NCBI RefSeq assembly: GCF_006345805.1
Contig: NC_043000.1
Span: 12,772,001 to 12,836,000 of the forward strand
Origin: Octopus sinensis
Lineage: Eukaryota
DNA length: 64,000 bases
Direction of reading: 5' to 3'
Positions 1 through 13,170 of this stretch are shown in pieces. The position numbers and the translations under genes were made by a program. Below the pieces are notes generated by a model that worked only from the letters and a program-made list of their open reading frames with translations, had not been told where the DNA came from and made no database searches. How positions within the stretch are numbered: position 1 is the first letter of the stretch; every line of letters begins with the position of its first letter.

Positions 1-1290
1 AGTGTAGTGGTGCTTTTTACGTGCCACCTGCACAGGTGCCAGGCGGGGCTGGCAACGGCCACGGTCAGATTGGTGTATTTTATGTGCCACCGGCACGGAA
101 GCCAGTCGAGGCGGTGCTGGCATCGGCCCGAGTCGGATATATATGTGCCGTGGCACACATGATAACCATCCGAACGTGGCCGTAGCCAGTTCCGCATCGA
201 CCGCCTCCGTGCGTTGGGCCGTAACAAACACCATCCGATCATGGCCGTTCGCCAGCCTCATCTGGCCCTGTGTCGCTGGCACATAAAAACACCTTCCGAA
301 GACCCGGCAAGACTAGTCAGTCCACCTGTGCATACCTTCCTTCTTGTGACACTTGTGAAAGACCGGTTTGAGGCAAGTGAAAATCAAATCAAATCAAATC
401 AAATCAAATCAAATCAAATCAAAATAGACAAAATAGATGAACATCAATGGAATTTGTATCTTGTGGTACCAGTGCCTGTGGTACCAGTGCCTGTGGTACC
501 AGTGCCTGTGGTACCAGTGCCTGTGGTACCAGTGCCTGTGGCACACAAGAAATCCATCAGTGCTGTAGTCAGTGCGGTGGGCACATGACAAACACCATCC
601 GATCGTGGCCGTTCGCCAGCCTCATCTAGCACCTGTGTCGGTGGCACATAAAAAAACCATCCGAAGACCTGGCAAGACTATTCAGGCCATAACCCATGGC
701 CCCTACCTGGGACGTAGTCAGTCCACCACCTGTGCATACCTTCCTCTTCTTCTTGTGACACTTGTGAAGACCGTGTGAGGCAAGTAAAAATCAAATCAAA
801 ACAAATCAAAAAGATGAACATCAATGGAATTTGTATCTTTGTGGTACCAGTGCCGGTGGCACGTGGCACACAATAAAACCATCCGAACGTGCCGTAGCCA
901 TACCGCATCGACTGGCCTCCGTGCTGTGGGCACGTAACAAGCACCATCCGATCGTGGCCGTTTGCCAGCCTCATCTGGCACCTGTGTCGGTGGCACATAA
1001 AAACACCATCCGAGCGTGGCGTCTGCCAGCCTTGTCTGGCACCTGTGTCGGTGGCACATAAAAACAACCATCCGAGCGTGGCCGTTTGCCAGCCTCGTCT
1101 GGCACCTGTGTCGGTGGCACAAAAATCACCCACTACACTCTCGGATTGGTTGGCGTTAGGAAGGGCATCCAGCTGTAGAAACACTGCCAGATCTGACTGG
1201 ACTGGTGCAGCTTTCGGGCTCCCCCAGACCCCAGTTGAAACCGTCCAACCCATGCTAGCATGGAAAGCGGACGTTAAATGATGATGATGA
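1..1290. mobile_element. Cluster of RTE 3' UTRs: minus-oriented piece (1 to ~140) abutting a plus-oriented tandem dimer ending in a (GAT)n tail
   Basis: Post-stop segment (agtccac..cttgtga..gaggcaagt..aaatc) occurs at ~315-400 and ~715-800; ~60-bp modules; canonical tail at 1125-1290. Confidence 0.8.
462..541. repeat. 15-bp tandem (tgtggtaccagtgcc)x5 within an RTE 3' UTR
   Basis: Directly visible. Confidence 0.9.
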
Positions 1291-1291
1291 T

Positions 1292-1345
<54 letters not shown>

Positions 1346-2090
1346 GTATGTATATATGTATGTGTGTATGGTTTTGAGTCTGCCCTCCACAATGCTTGAC
1401 AACTGGTGTTTATTTGTTAACATTCCTGCAACCTAGCAGTTCAACAAAAGAGTCCAATAGGAAAAAAAAGTAATAAAGAAAGAAGTACTTGGGTTGATTT
1501 GTGTGACTAAAACCCTTTGGGGCTGTGCCCAGCAAGGCTTCAGTCAAGTGTTTGAAACTAGCACAACACAAGATAAAGATATCAGATAAGACAATAATTA
1601 ATCCATTTACAAGTAAAAACTAAGCAGAAATATTATAAATAATTCTTGAAATGAAATCAGGCTAATTATATGGAACTTTTACAGAAATGCTGTGTTTGTT
1701 TTTTTTCTTTGTTATCTTTGAGTAATTTTGAATTCCATCCTAAAACTGTTATATTTTTCTCTCATTTTACACGATACAAAGGCATTGATAACATCAAAAT
1801 TTTCAATGCTTTATGAGTGAGGGTAAAATGAAGCCAACAGTCTTTTGGTTTATTGAGATTTTTAAATATGATAAAATCAATTTCAACTTGCTGAAAGATC
1901 ACTCACAGCTAGAAATTAAAATAGCAATAGTGATTATTATCTGGAAAACTAATCTCAAATTTGGAAAAAGAAAAAAAAAAAGAAGTTATCTTCATACTGA
2001 ATAATAAACTTAGAAATCTGGGTGTTTGGGAGACTTTTCCAGAAACATCTTACAATGCAAGATATCTTCATAAAGTTCAAATTTGTATGG

Positions 2091-2741
2091 ATCATCATCA
2101 TCATCATCATCATTTAACGTCCGCTTTCCATGCTAGCATGGGTTGAATGATTTGACTGAGGTCTGGCGAACCAGACTCCAATCTGATCTGGCAGAGTTTA
2201 TACAGCTGGATGCCCTTCCTAACGCCAACCACTCTGACAGTGTAGTGGGTGCTTTTACATGCCACCGGCACGAGGGCCAGTTTGGTGGTACTGGCAATGG
2301 TCATGCTCAAATGGTGCTTTTTATGTGCCACCTGCACAGGAGCCAGTCCAGTGGCACTGGCGACGACCTTGCTCGAATGTTTCATGTGCCACCAGCACAA
2401 GTGCTAGTAAGGTGACGCGGTAACGATCACACTCGAATGGTGTGTTTAACGTGCCATCGGCACGAAGGCCAGCTTGTTCCTCTGGCAACGATCTCACTCA
2501 TATGGTACTCTTAGCGCTCCACTAGCAACGGATGCCAGTCACAAGTTTTATTTCGACTTCGATCTCGATTTCACTTGCCCCAATTGGTCTTCGCAAGCAG
2601 AGTTTAGCGTCCAATGAAGAAAAGGCACGCATAAGTGGACTGGTTACACCCCTGGCATAGGCCACAAGGTTATGGTCACACTTGCGCTTGCCGAGTCTTC
2701 TGCAGCACAGCATATTTCCAGAGGTCCTGGTCACTAGTCAG
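2091..2741 (-). mobile_element. 5'-truncated RTE copy (second subfamily) with ORF2 end
   Basis: Minus strand encodes TSDQDLWKYAVLQKTRQAQV*, followed by a variant 3' UTR and the canonical tail. Confidence 0.8.
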
Positions 2742-2934
2742 AATCAATGTTATAAAACTGTGCATGATTGTGACAAACTTTTTGAAGGCATGGCTGTGTG
2801 GTTAAGAAGCTCACTTTGTGACCATGTGGTTTCAGGTTCAGTTCCACTTTCAACAAGCATCTTCTAAAATAACCCCAGGCTGACCAATGCTTGGCGAATG
2901 AATTTGATCCACAGAAACTGTGTGGAAGCCTGTC

Positions 2935-3060
2935 ATTTCTATCTATCTGTCTATCTATCTATCTATCTATCTATCTATGTATGTATGTATGTATGTATGT
3001 ATGTATGTATGTATGTATGTATGTATGTATGTATGTATGTATGTATGTATGTATGTATGT
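2935..3060. repeat. (TCTA)n-(TGTA)n compound microsatellite
   Basis: Directly visible. Confidence 0.95.
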
Positions 3061-3164
3061 GTTTCTGTGTTTGTCCCCCATCACTGCTTGACAAGTAGTT
3101 TTGGTTTGTTTATATTCTTATAACTTGGCAGTTTGGCAAAAGAGACTGATAGAATAAGTACTCT

Positions 3165-3427
3165 TTACTCTTTTTACTCTTTTACTTGTTTCAGTCATCT
3201 GATTGCGGCCATGCTGGATCACTGCATTTAGTCAAGCAAATCGACCCCAGGACTTATTCTTTGTAAGCCTAGTACTTATTCTCTCGGCCTCTTTGTGCTG
3301 AACCACTAAGTTATAGGGACTTAAACACACCAGCATCGGTTGTCAAGCGATGTTGAGGGGAACAAACACTTACACACACATACATACATGCATATATATA
3401 CATATATATACATATATATATATATAT

Positions 3428-3459
<32 letters not shown>

Positions 3460-3749
3460 ATATATATATACGGCACCTGTGCAGGTGGCACGTAAAAGCA
3501 CCCACTACACTCACGGAGTGGTTGGCATTAGGAAAGGCATCCAGCTGTAGAAACATTGCCAGATAAGACTGGAGCCTGGTGCAGCCTTCTGGCTTCTCAG
3601 ATCCCCGGTCGAACCATCCAACCCATGCTAGCATGGAGAACGGACGTTAAACGATGATGATGATGATGATGATGATGATATATATATATATTACATATAT
3701 ATATACACATATATATATATAATATATATATACATATATATATACATAT

Positions 3750-3809
<60 letters not shown>

Positions 3810-3878
3810 CATATTATATAATATATATATACATAGATACATATATTAATATAATATATATAGATATATATATATTAT

Positions 3879-3946
<68 letters not shown>

Positions 3947-4118
3947 ATATGCATATATACGACAAGCTTCTTTCAGTTTCCGTCTACCAAATCCACTCAC
4001 AAGGCATTGGTCAGCCCGAGGCTATAGTAGAAGACACTTGCCTAAGGTGCCATGCAGTGGAACTGAACCTGGAACCATGTGGTTGGTAAGCAAGCTACTT
4101 ACCACACAGCCACTCCTG
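3165..4118 (-). mobile_element. CORE-SINE family A with expanded (TA)n and a nested RTE end
   Basis: 3' half at 3165-3400, head at 3958-4118. Confidence 0.8.
3470..3680 (+). mobile_element. RTE 3' end inserted into the internal (TA)n of a CORE-type SINE
   Basis: Core gttggc.ttaggaa.ggcatccagctgtagaaac...aacccatgctagcatgga...gttaaacgatgatg. Confidence 0.85.
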
Positions 4119-4319
4119 TTTTTTTTAAATAAGGACTGGGGTTGATTTGTTCAACTAAGACACTTCAAGCAGGTGCTCCAGAATGGCTGCAGTCCAATGA
4201 ATGAAATAAATAAAAAGACGAAAGCTACAAAATGTTATGAATGATGGATGCTTTTCTTTGAGTAAAATTCATGATTCTCTAACATCTAAAACAAAAAAAA
4301 CCCAAATTTTATTCTACGA

Positions 4320-4710
4320 CAGGGTGCTGAAAAGTTCCTGGCTTTGGTAGTAGAAAGAAATACAGGAGGATCAGTTAATTGTGCTTTTATTCAACATATT
4401 CCCCTCTCAGATTCACACACTTATTGCAGTGGTCCCTCAGTTTTTCTAAGCCCTGTAAAAGAACTTGGAAGTTTGGGCCTCCAACCAGACCTTTTGTGAT
4501 ACCCTTAAAAGTTCCTAGTTTTGGGTAAAAGGAAATACAGGAGGGTCAGTTAATTATAATTTTATTCAGCATATTCCCCTCTTGATTCACACACTTATTG
4601 CAGCAGTCCCTCAGTTTTTCTAAGCCCTGTAAAAGAACTTGGAAGTTTGGGCCTCCAACCAGACCTTTTGTGATACCCTTAAAGCCAAGATCTTTCCAGC
4701 ACTCCCTTGT
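4320..4710. mobile_element. Mariner-type MITE, head-to-tail dimer (177-bp internal duplication)
   Basis: Outer TIRs gggtgctgaaaagttcctggc; the body is repeated at 4330 and 4507. Confidence 0.8.
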
Positions 4711-5099
4711 AAATGAAATCATTCATTTATGTCATTAACTTTTTAGGTGTGAACTTGCCCAAGACTGATGCTGATTCTGTGGTACAAATTTCATGATTTA
4801 AAGCAATCTAAATTAAAACTTACCATCATAATTTCATTTTATTATCGGTTCCAAACACCCGGGCTTAATAATGACCAAGTTATTTTATTAAATTCTTCAT
4901 TATTTTAAAAATTCTTATTGGCACCACTATCACCCCTACCAGTGGTTTCAAATTTTGGCACAAGGCCAGAAATTTAGGGAAAGGGGATAAGTTAATTAAA
5001 TCAACCCCAGTTTTCAACTGGATATGACCAGTTTAAATACAAAAGGTTCAAAATTCAAGACCAGTTTTTGCATTTGAAAAGTGATTTCTGACTCTCTTA

Positions 5100-5315
5100 C
5101 AAGGGGGTGCCGAAAAGTTCTTGGCTTTGGGTAAAAGAAAATACAAGAGAATCAGTTAATTATGATTTTATTTATCATATTCCTTTCTCAGATTTACACA
5201 CTTATTGCAGCAGTCTTTCAGTTTTCTAAGCCCTGTAAAAGAGCTCAGAAAGTTGGGCTTCCAACCAGGCCTTTCCCAATACCCTTAAAGCCAGGAACTT
5301 TTTAGCCCCTCTTCA
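5100..5315. mobile_element. Mariner-type MITE (216 bp)
   Basis: TA TSD; TIRs; same body as 4320. Confidence 0.85.
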
Positions 5316-5854
5316 TACTGTGAAGATGATTTCATATTTATAGTTTTAAATAATGCTCAAGCTTCGGTTTTTTTCCTCAAGAATATTCTTCAATGGTCCA
5401 TGCCACTTTACAATGAATACTGAGCTAAGGTTTCACTGAAATTTCTTTCCATTTTTCCCATCATAAACGACGCCCTGATTCCCATCTGTACCCTCCACCT
5501 TCCCAGATTCATTCCATCTCTTTGACATTGACTTCAAGCAGAAAGGGGCATTATATCATTTGTATTTCTCTCTGCTCTGTTTACTTACAACACACATTGT
5601 CTGTTGGTAGGCCGAGGCAGTTGATTTCTCTCACTTTCAGTGTTATTATATTCTGACATCAAAAAAAAGAAAAGAAAAGAAAACTCCAAGCAAACAAACT
5701 CTTTTTGCACCCCATCCCACCTCCTTACCCCTTGCTCCCTTCTCCCTGATAAACAAGACATAGGAAGGTTCTGGAAGAAAATCAACAGATGATATTAACA
5801 GAAATATGGTACAAGTGAATACAAAGACCCAGTCTTTGGTAACTCATAAGCAAT

Positions 5855-5860
5855 AGTAGT

Positions 5861-5917
<57 letters not shown>

Positions 5918-5954
5918 ACAATGACAATGACAATGGCGACGATGATAATGATGG

Positions 5955-5985
<31 letters not shown>

Positions 5986-6261
5986 GATGATGATGATGAT
6001 AATATGCAGTTTGTATACATTCATGTTAAAGTGACACACCCCTTTCTATTCATTGAAGGGTAACTTTTTGTTTAGGATTCTTGGAGAGAGACAGGGGCGG
6101 GGGGAGATGTAGAGAAAAATAAACAGACATCTGGAGACAGAGAGAGAAAGAGAGAATGTGGGACATGAGAGAGAGAGAGAGAGAGTGTGGAGAGAGATAT
6201 GCAGATGGAGTTAGACAGAGACATCAGAAGAGACTGAGAGAGAGTAAGAGAGACAGGTTGC

Positions 6262-6329
<68 letters not shown>

Positions 6330-6368
6330 CAGGGCAGATAGATAGATAGATAGACAGACTGACAGGAC

Positions 6369-6413
<45 letters not shown>

Positions 6414-6414
6414 T

Positions 6415-6450
<36 letters not shown>

Positions 6451-6480
6451 ACTGATAGCTAGCTAGATAAACAGATAGAC
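5855..6480. repeat. (TAG)n/(GAT)n, (GA)n and (GATA)n microsatellite cluster
   Basis: Directly visible. Confidence 0.9.
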
Positions 6481-6867
6481 AGACAGGCATATATATATAT
6501 GTAAATAAGGATAAGATCATTAATTTAAAATAAAATAACGATTTTATCAAGTGGCCAGCATGGAAAAAATAACCTTCAAAAGTAATAATTATTAAAATTA
6601 TAAATTAGGGTATCTAATTAAGGTGGTTTTAGAGTCAGATCATGGCTGCTATTTTCAGCATGGTGGTATCTCGTAGATACCCTCATTTATAATTTTAATA
6701 TCTATATATATATATTTCTCCGAAATTTATAAATTTGTATAAATTTATATATATTATATTATAATATTTAATCAATATAGGGTGGCAAAAAAAATTTTTT
6801 AGAATTTTTGCCACCAGCGGCCTAGTGGGAAAAAATTAAATAGTCATATACCATTTTTAAGTTCAAC

Positions 6868-7242
6868 ATCACAATCAAGGAACGGCATAATAGGCCATTC
6901 ACCCACTAGAAATAACAGCCAAAAGCTTTAACCGCAAAATAACATCAATTCCGTAAACCAGGAGAAAATTTAAAAAACATTACCCTGTGATTTCTTTACG
7001 AGAGCACCGTTTTCGTCTACTGTTTAATGATAAACTAACCTGATTAAATTAAATCAAGCTGGCTTGATTTAATTTAATCAGGTTAGTTTACCATTAACAG
7101 TAGACGAAACGTGCATCGTATAAGAAATCACAGGGTAAATGTTTTTTAAATTTTCTCCTGGTTTACGGAATTGATGTTATTTGCGGTTAAAGCTTTTGGC
7201 TGTTATCTAGTGGGTGAATGGCCTATTATGGCCGTCCTGATT

Positions 7243-7247
<5 letters not shown>
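6868..7247. repeat. Fold-back palindrome (arms ~192/186 bp, 2-nt loop)
   Basis: Centre ...aaatcaagc-tg-gcttgattt... at 7060-61. Confidence 0.92.
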
Positions 7248-7289
<42 letters not shown>

Positions 7290-7522
7290 TGATTAAACCT
7301 CGCCAAGTTAAATATTTAAACCACCTGAAGAATGACTGTAACTCAAAATTTTAAGAATTGAACAGCCATGAACGATCGTAGTGTTATATTAATTATCTTT
7401 TTTTTAATTTTGATATATATTTAAATAATATAAATTAATTAATCTTATGTATTTGCTAAGTTTTCATTGTATGATTTGCCTAATAGTGGTTTTATCTCTA
7501 ATTTAATATAATATATATACAT

Positions 7523-7553
<31 letters not shown>

Positions 7554-7789
7554 GAGGAGAAGAATGAGAGAGAGTAAAAAAGGAGGAAGGAATATAGATG
7601 TACTTAATAACCAACCTTACAGTAAACAACATATGGTCTATAGCTGACAGTGACCCTTAATAAACACAAAAGTGTCACCATTAGGGATGGATTAGTTATT
7701 AGCTTTTTGCTGCCTGGTGGTTATTAAACTAATTCCCTAAACTGCAGCTGGCTCTGGGGTTACACTACTGCTGTTGCTGCGACAGCTGA

Positions 7790-8450
7790 TGCTGGTAATA
7801 GTGGTAGTGGTGGTGGTAGTAGCAGTGGTGGTGGTGCTGGTGATTGCGGTTATGGTGGTGACGGTGGTGGGATGTGGTGCTGGTGCTGGTGTCGATAGTG
7901 GTAGAGGTTGTGGTGGTGGTGGTGGGATGTGGTAGTGCTGGTGGGATGTGGTGGTGGTGGGATGTGGTAGTGGTGGTGGGATGTGGTGGTGGTGGTGGTT
8001 GTGTTGGTGGTTGTGGTTATGGTGGTGACGGTGATGGGATGTGGTGGTGGTAGTGTCGATAGTGGTAGAGGTTGTGGTGGTGGTGGGATGTGGTGGTGGT
8101 GGTGGTGGTGGTGGTGATGATTGTGGTGGTGACAGTAGTGGTAGAGGTTGTGGTGGTGGTGGTGTTGGTGGTTGTGGTTATGGTAGTGGGATGTGGTGGT
8201 GGTGGTGGTGGAGATGATGATTGTGGTGGTGTTGATAGTGGTAGAAGTTGTAGTGGTGGTGTTGGTGGTGGTGGTTGTGTTGGTGGTGGTGGTTGTGTTG
8301 GTGGTGGTGGTTGTGTTGGTGGTTGTGGTGGCGGTGGTTCTGATGTAGGTGGCAGCGGTGATGGTGGTGTAGGTGGCAGTGGAGGAGGTGGTGATAGTGG
8401 TGGAAGAGTGGTTGTGGTTGTAGTAGTAGTAGTAGTAGTAGTAGTTTCTG
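7790..8450. repeat. Degenerate (GGT)n/(GTA)n trinucleotide field
   Basis: Directly visible; source of the poly-V/G/T/P ORFs. Confidence 0.9.
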
Positions 8451-8734
8451 TTTTAGGCACAAAGGGTGGAGGTTAGCCAACACCATCAACCTCTGTACTC
8501 AGTTTGGTTACTTTATTCTACTGAATTCCAGACTAATTAAAGGCAAGGTTGACCTCAGTACAATTTGAACTCAAAACTGGAAAAAGCTGGAACAAATCTT
8601 GCAAGCCATTTATTTCGTCCGGTTCCGTAATGATCCTGCTGTTTATCTTGCACTTCTTATGTTAAGTCTCTCTTTGTGTCTCTCTTTTATTCTCTCCCCA
8701 CTTGTTTCTATATGATGTAAAGTGTGACTGGAGA

Positions 8735-9355
8735 AAACAACCAACAAACCAACCAACCAACCGACCAACCAACCAACCAGCCAACCAACCAACCAACCAA
8801 CCAACCGACCAACCAACCAACCAAACCGACCAACCAACCAGCCAACCAACGAACCAACCAACCAACCGACCAACCAACCAACCAACCAACCAACCAGCCA
8901 ACCAACCCCCAAAACCAACCAACCAACCGACCAACCAACCAACCAACCAACCAACCAACCAGCCAACCAATGAACCAACCAACCAGCCAACCAACCAACC
9001 AACGAACCAGCCAACCAACCAGCCAGCCAGCCAGCTAGCCAGCCAGCCAGCCAGCCAACCAACCAACCAGCCAGCCAACCAACGAACCAGCCAGCCAACC
9101 AACCAACCAGCCAACCAACCAACCAACCAACCAACCAGCCAACCAACCAGCCAGCCAGCCAGCCAACCAACCACCAGCCAGCCAGCCAACAAACCAACGA
9201 ACCAGCCAGCCAACCAACCAACCAGCCAACCAACCAACCAGCCAGCCAACCAACCAACCAGCCAGCCAGCCAACCAACCAAACAACCAATCAACCAATCA
9301 ACCAGCCAACCAACAACCAGCCAACCAGCCAGCCAGCCAACAAACCAACCAACAT
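8735..9355. repeat. (CCAA/CCAG)n tetranucleotide field, ~620 bp
   Basis: Directly visible; source of the NQPT/LVGW ORFs. Confidence 0.93.
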
Positions 9356-9357
9356 CT

Positions 9358-9752
9358 ATGGCTGTGTGGTAAGTAGCTTGCTTACCAACCACATGGTTCC
9401 GGGTTCAGTCCCACTGCGTGGCACCTTGGGCAAGTGTCTTCTACTATAGCTTCGGGCCAACCAAATCCTTGTGAGTGGATTTGGTAGATGGAAACTGAAA
9501 GAAACCCGTCGTATATGTATATATATATATATGTGTATGTGTGTATATGTTTGTATGTCTGTGTTTGTCCCCCCAACATCGCTAGACAACCTATGCTGGT
9601 GTGTTTATGTCCCCGTAACTTAGCAGTTTGGCAAAAGAGACTGATAGAATAAGTACTCGGCTTACACAGAATAAGCTCTGGGGTCGATTTGGTCGACTAA
9701 AGGCGGTGCTCCAGCATGGCCGCAGTCAAATGACTGAAACAAGTAAAAGAGA
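9358..9752 (+). mobile_element. CORE-type tRNA SINE, CR1-like tail (family A)
   Basis: A/B-box-like head ggctgtgtggtaag...gggttcagtcccac, CORE-like ccttgggcaagt, internal (TA/TG)n, tail ggcggtgctccagcatggccgcagtcaaatgactgaaac. Confidence 0.88.
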
Positions 9753-9887
9753 GAAAGAGAGGAAGAGAGGGTGCCATTGTTGCCATTTTATATTTTTTAT
9801 TTCGTGCATGTACATTGTTTGTTTTTGATTTTGTCAACTACACAGTATAGTAGGGTCAGTTGGGCACAGTCTATGAGAAAAACAGCA

Positions 9888-10579
9888 CCATGACGCTATT
9901 CACTCTACCGGAAGTTTGGAAACGACATGCTGTACAGCTTGGAATTTGTGCCAGGAGCTCCAAAACAAACTTTTCAGAGTGTTTGGGTGTCAGTCTGAGG
10001 ACATGTACCAAAAGTGATAAAAATCAAACATCCAGTCAACATCATGGTGTTTGGAATGATCACTAATGATGGCGACATTATGCCTCCATTCATCTTCCCA
10101 CGTGGCCTCAGACTCAACACGGAGGCCTACGTGAAGTACCTGGAGGTGGTAGTGCTGCCCTGGGTCAAGAGGGTGGCAACAAGACTCTGCACCATGCCAC
10201 ACAAGCAGGAGAACCCAGTCATGGCTGTCAGACAATTTCTGCAACCACATCACCCCTAACATCTGACCACCTAACTCCCCAGACTGCAACTCCTTTAATT
10301 ATTATGTGTGGGACCCAGTTAAGTGAGAGACCAACAAAACTCCTTGTAACACCAAAGATGAACTGAAGCAAGGATTACTCTTTTACTCTTTTACTTGTTT
10401 CAGTCATTTGACTGCGGCCATGCTGGAGCACCGCCTTTAGTCGAGCAAATCGACCCCGGGACTTATTCTTTGTAAGCCCAGTACTTATTCTATCGGCCTC
10501 TTTTTGCCGAACCGCTAAGTGACGGGGGCATAAACACATCAGCATCAGTTGTCAAGCAATGCTAGGAGGACAAACACAG

Positions 10580-10612
<33 letters not shown>

Positions 10613-10900
10613 CGACAGGCTTCTTTCAGTTTCCGTCTATCAAATCCACTCAAAAGGCATTGGTCGGCCCGAGGCTATAGCAGAAGACACTTGCCCAAGA
10701 TGCCAAGCAGTGGGACTGAACTCGGAACCATGTGGTTGGTTAGCAAGCTACTTACCACACAGCCACTCCCGCGCCTATTATAGCAGTATATTATAGCAGT
10801 ATTCACCAATTTAAACAAGGAGATCACCCAGAAGAGTTGCAGGAGATTCCAAAGTCATCTGAAGGTCATGGCTGAAGCCAATGGCGATTTTATTGAATAA
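9888..10900 (+). mobile_element. Internally deleted maT/DD37D-like Tc1-mariner remnant split by a CORE-SINE
   Basis: N-terminal MTLFTLPEVWKRHAV..CLGVSLRT; MVFGMITNDGDIMPPFIF; QDSAPCH; PPNSPDCN..YYVW; after the SINE, IAVFTNLNKEITQKSCRRFQSHLKVMAEANGDFIE*. Confidence 0.78.
10376..10776 (-). mobile_element. CORE-SINE family A, full length
   Basis: As 9358. Confidence 0.88.
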
Positions 10901-11411
10901 ATTTACTCTTTAATATTTCAAGATATTTTTATGTAATTTTCGTAAACATCTGTTAAATTGAAATGTCAGTGTTATTTTCATTTTTGCATAATTTAGAAGA
11001 CAGTTTATTCACCACACCCAGTATATATTCTTTAATTCTTTTAATTGTTTCAGTCATTTGACTGCAGCCATGCTGGAGCACCGCCTTTAGTTATAATAAT
11101 AATAATGAAATTATTGTGTATAGTGCTCATCGACCCCAGGACTTATTCTTTGTAAGCCTAGGCAAATATGAATATATATTCAATATGTAGAACTGTTGAT
11201 CCAGGCATGTTTTTTTCTCTCTCCATTTTTTTTTTTACCTCTCCACTGTTTTCTTTCCACATTCCTTTCTGTAAAAGAACATAGGCTGAAAGCATCAAAT
11301 AATCTTCCATTTTTTTCCTGAGTGTCAAACTAATACACCATGTTTGTTGTTCCCTCACCGGATTTTGTCTTCTGCTTCTTTGTTTTTTTGTACAATTTTG
11401 AACCATATATG

Positions 11412-11449
<38 letters not shown>

Positions 11450-11692
11450 GTTTAACGCCCATCTCCCATGCATACATGGGTAGGATGGTTCACAGGAGCT
11501 GGCCAGGTAGATAAACTACCCTATGCTGCTCTGTTTTGGCAGGGTTTTTTTATGGCTGGATGCCCTTCCTAACACCAACCACTCTGCAGAGTGGACTTAG
11601 TGCTTTTTACGTGGGACAAGCACAGGCAGGGTTAGTTTTGGCATGATTTTTACAGCTGGATGCCCTTCCAATGCCAACCACTTTACAGATAT

Positions 11693-12222
11693 CATCATCA
11701 TCATCATCATCATCGTTTAATGTCCGCTTTCCATGCTAGCATGGGTTGGACATGTATATATTGGCACATAAAATCACCCACTACACTCTCGGAGTGGTTG
11801 GCATTAGGAAGGGCATCCAGCTGTAGAAACACTGTCAGATCTGACTGGCCTGGTGCAGCCTTCGGGCTTCCCAGACCCCAGTTGAACCGTCCAACCCATG
11901 CTAGCATGGAAAGCGGACGTTAAACGATGATGATGATGATATATGCCGGTGTGCAGGTGACACATATAACAAAAAAAAACTCGATTTTCCATGACCCTTG
12001 CTAGTTACCGCCTGACTGGCCCTCATGCTGGTGGCACGTAAAAGCACCCACTACACTCTCGGAGTGGTTGGCGTTAGGAAGGGCATCCAGTTGTAGAGAC
12101 TCTGCCAGATCAAGATTAGAGCTTGGTGCAGCCATCTGGTTCGCCAGTCCTCAGTCAAATCGTCCAACTCATGCTAGCATGGAAAGTGGATGTTAAACAA
12201 TGGTGATGATGATGATGATGAT
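11693..12222. mobile_element. Three RTE 3' ends (11693-11750 minus; 11760-11941 and 12000-12222 plus)
   Basis: Same diagnostic tail and (GAT)n/(ATC)n ends. Confidence 0.85.
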
Positions 12223-12502
12223 GAATTTCCAAGAAGAACTCAGTACAATGAAGGAGAGCAGGCCAAAACTTCAAAGTCACCGTCACTCCTCTTCTAGTAA
12301 GAGTCTAATAAGTATGTGCTCTACAAAAAAAAAAATAAGTACTGAGTAATTTTTCAGTTTATTTTTTACTCGACATAAGAACAAACATTGATATATATAT
12401 TTATACACACACTAAGATATATAGTTAGGCAATTACCTATCTATCTATCTATTCATCTCTCTCTCTCTATCTATTTATCTATTTATACACACACACACTC
12501 AT

Positions 12503-12539
<37 letters not shown>

Positions 12540-12955
12540 AAACTCCTGAACTGTGTACCTTGACAAAATCTCAGTCCCTTGTACAATTCAAAATCAAAAG
12601 CTAATTTCTATTGGAACCCTGTTTTCTTACTTCCTCTCCTTTCCTTTAATCCCTAAGCTTAATCTTCTGCTGACCTAGATCTATCAGACAACACATAAAA
12701 ATATTGTGGTTACCTCTGTTTAGGCAGTAGTGGTAGTGGTCGTAAAAAGTAGTGGTGGTTATGGTTACCTGTTGTTATGCCTCAGTTTGACCTGAATCTG
12801 TTCAGTGGGATTTAACAGTTCATACAGATTTAAACCCCCTTAATTCTAAGATTCTAAGCTCCTACAGTTCGATTGCCCTACATTTCTGCAAACATTCTGA
12901 GTCATTTCATACACATCAAATGGTTGAAATCTTTGATCAGCAACATCTGGGGAAT

Positions 12956-13000
<45 letters not shown>

Positions 13001-13170
13001 ATATATATATATATAATAAAGGTTATTTGCAACAATTTGGCAGCTATTTCTAATATTTTTGGTATGTGGTTTAAGCAACTTGTTGCAAATAACCCTTTAT
13101 TATAATTATATATAATTTTTACCGAATATGGTCCTTTCCATACCGAAAGACTACTTGGTGAAATTTATTA

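Noticed and set aside
214-1281. ORFs starting MLAW.. or containing QLDALPNANHS, here and at many other loci
   Set aside because: They are recurring translations of the non-coding RTE 3' tail.
8017-9392. Long ORFs (poly-T/P/V/G; LVGW and NQPT repeats, up to 249 aa)
   Set aside because: They are translations of microsatellites, open in most frames on both strands, with no splice signals or domains.
1290-13170. A second host gene downstream of PRPF6
   Set aside because: No non-repeat ORF or exon chain with recognisable homology was found by eye; small exons cannot be excluded.
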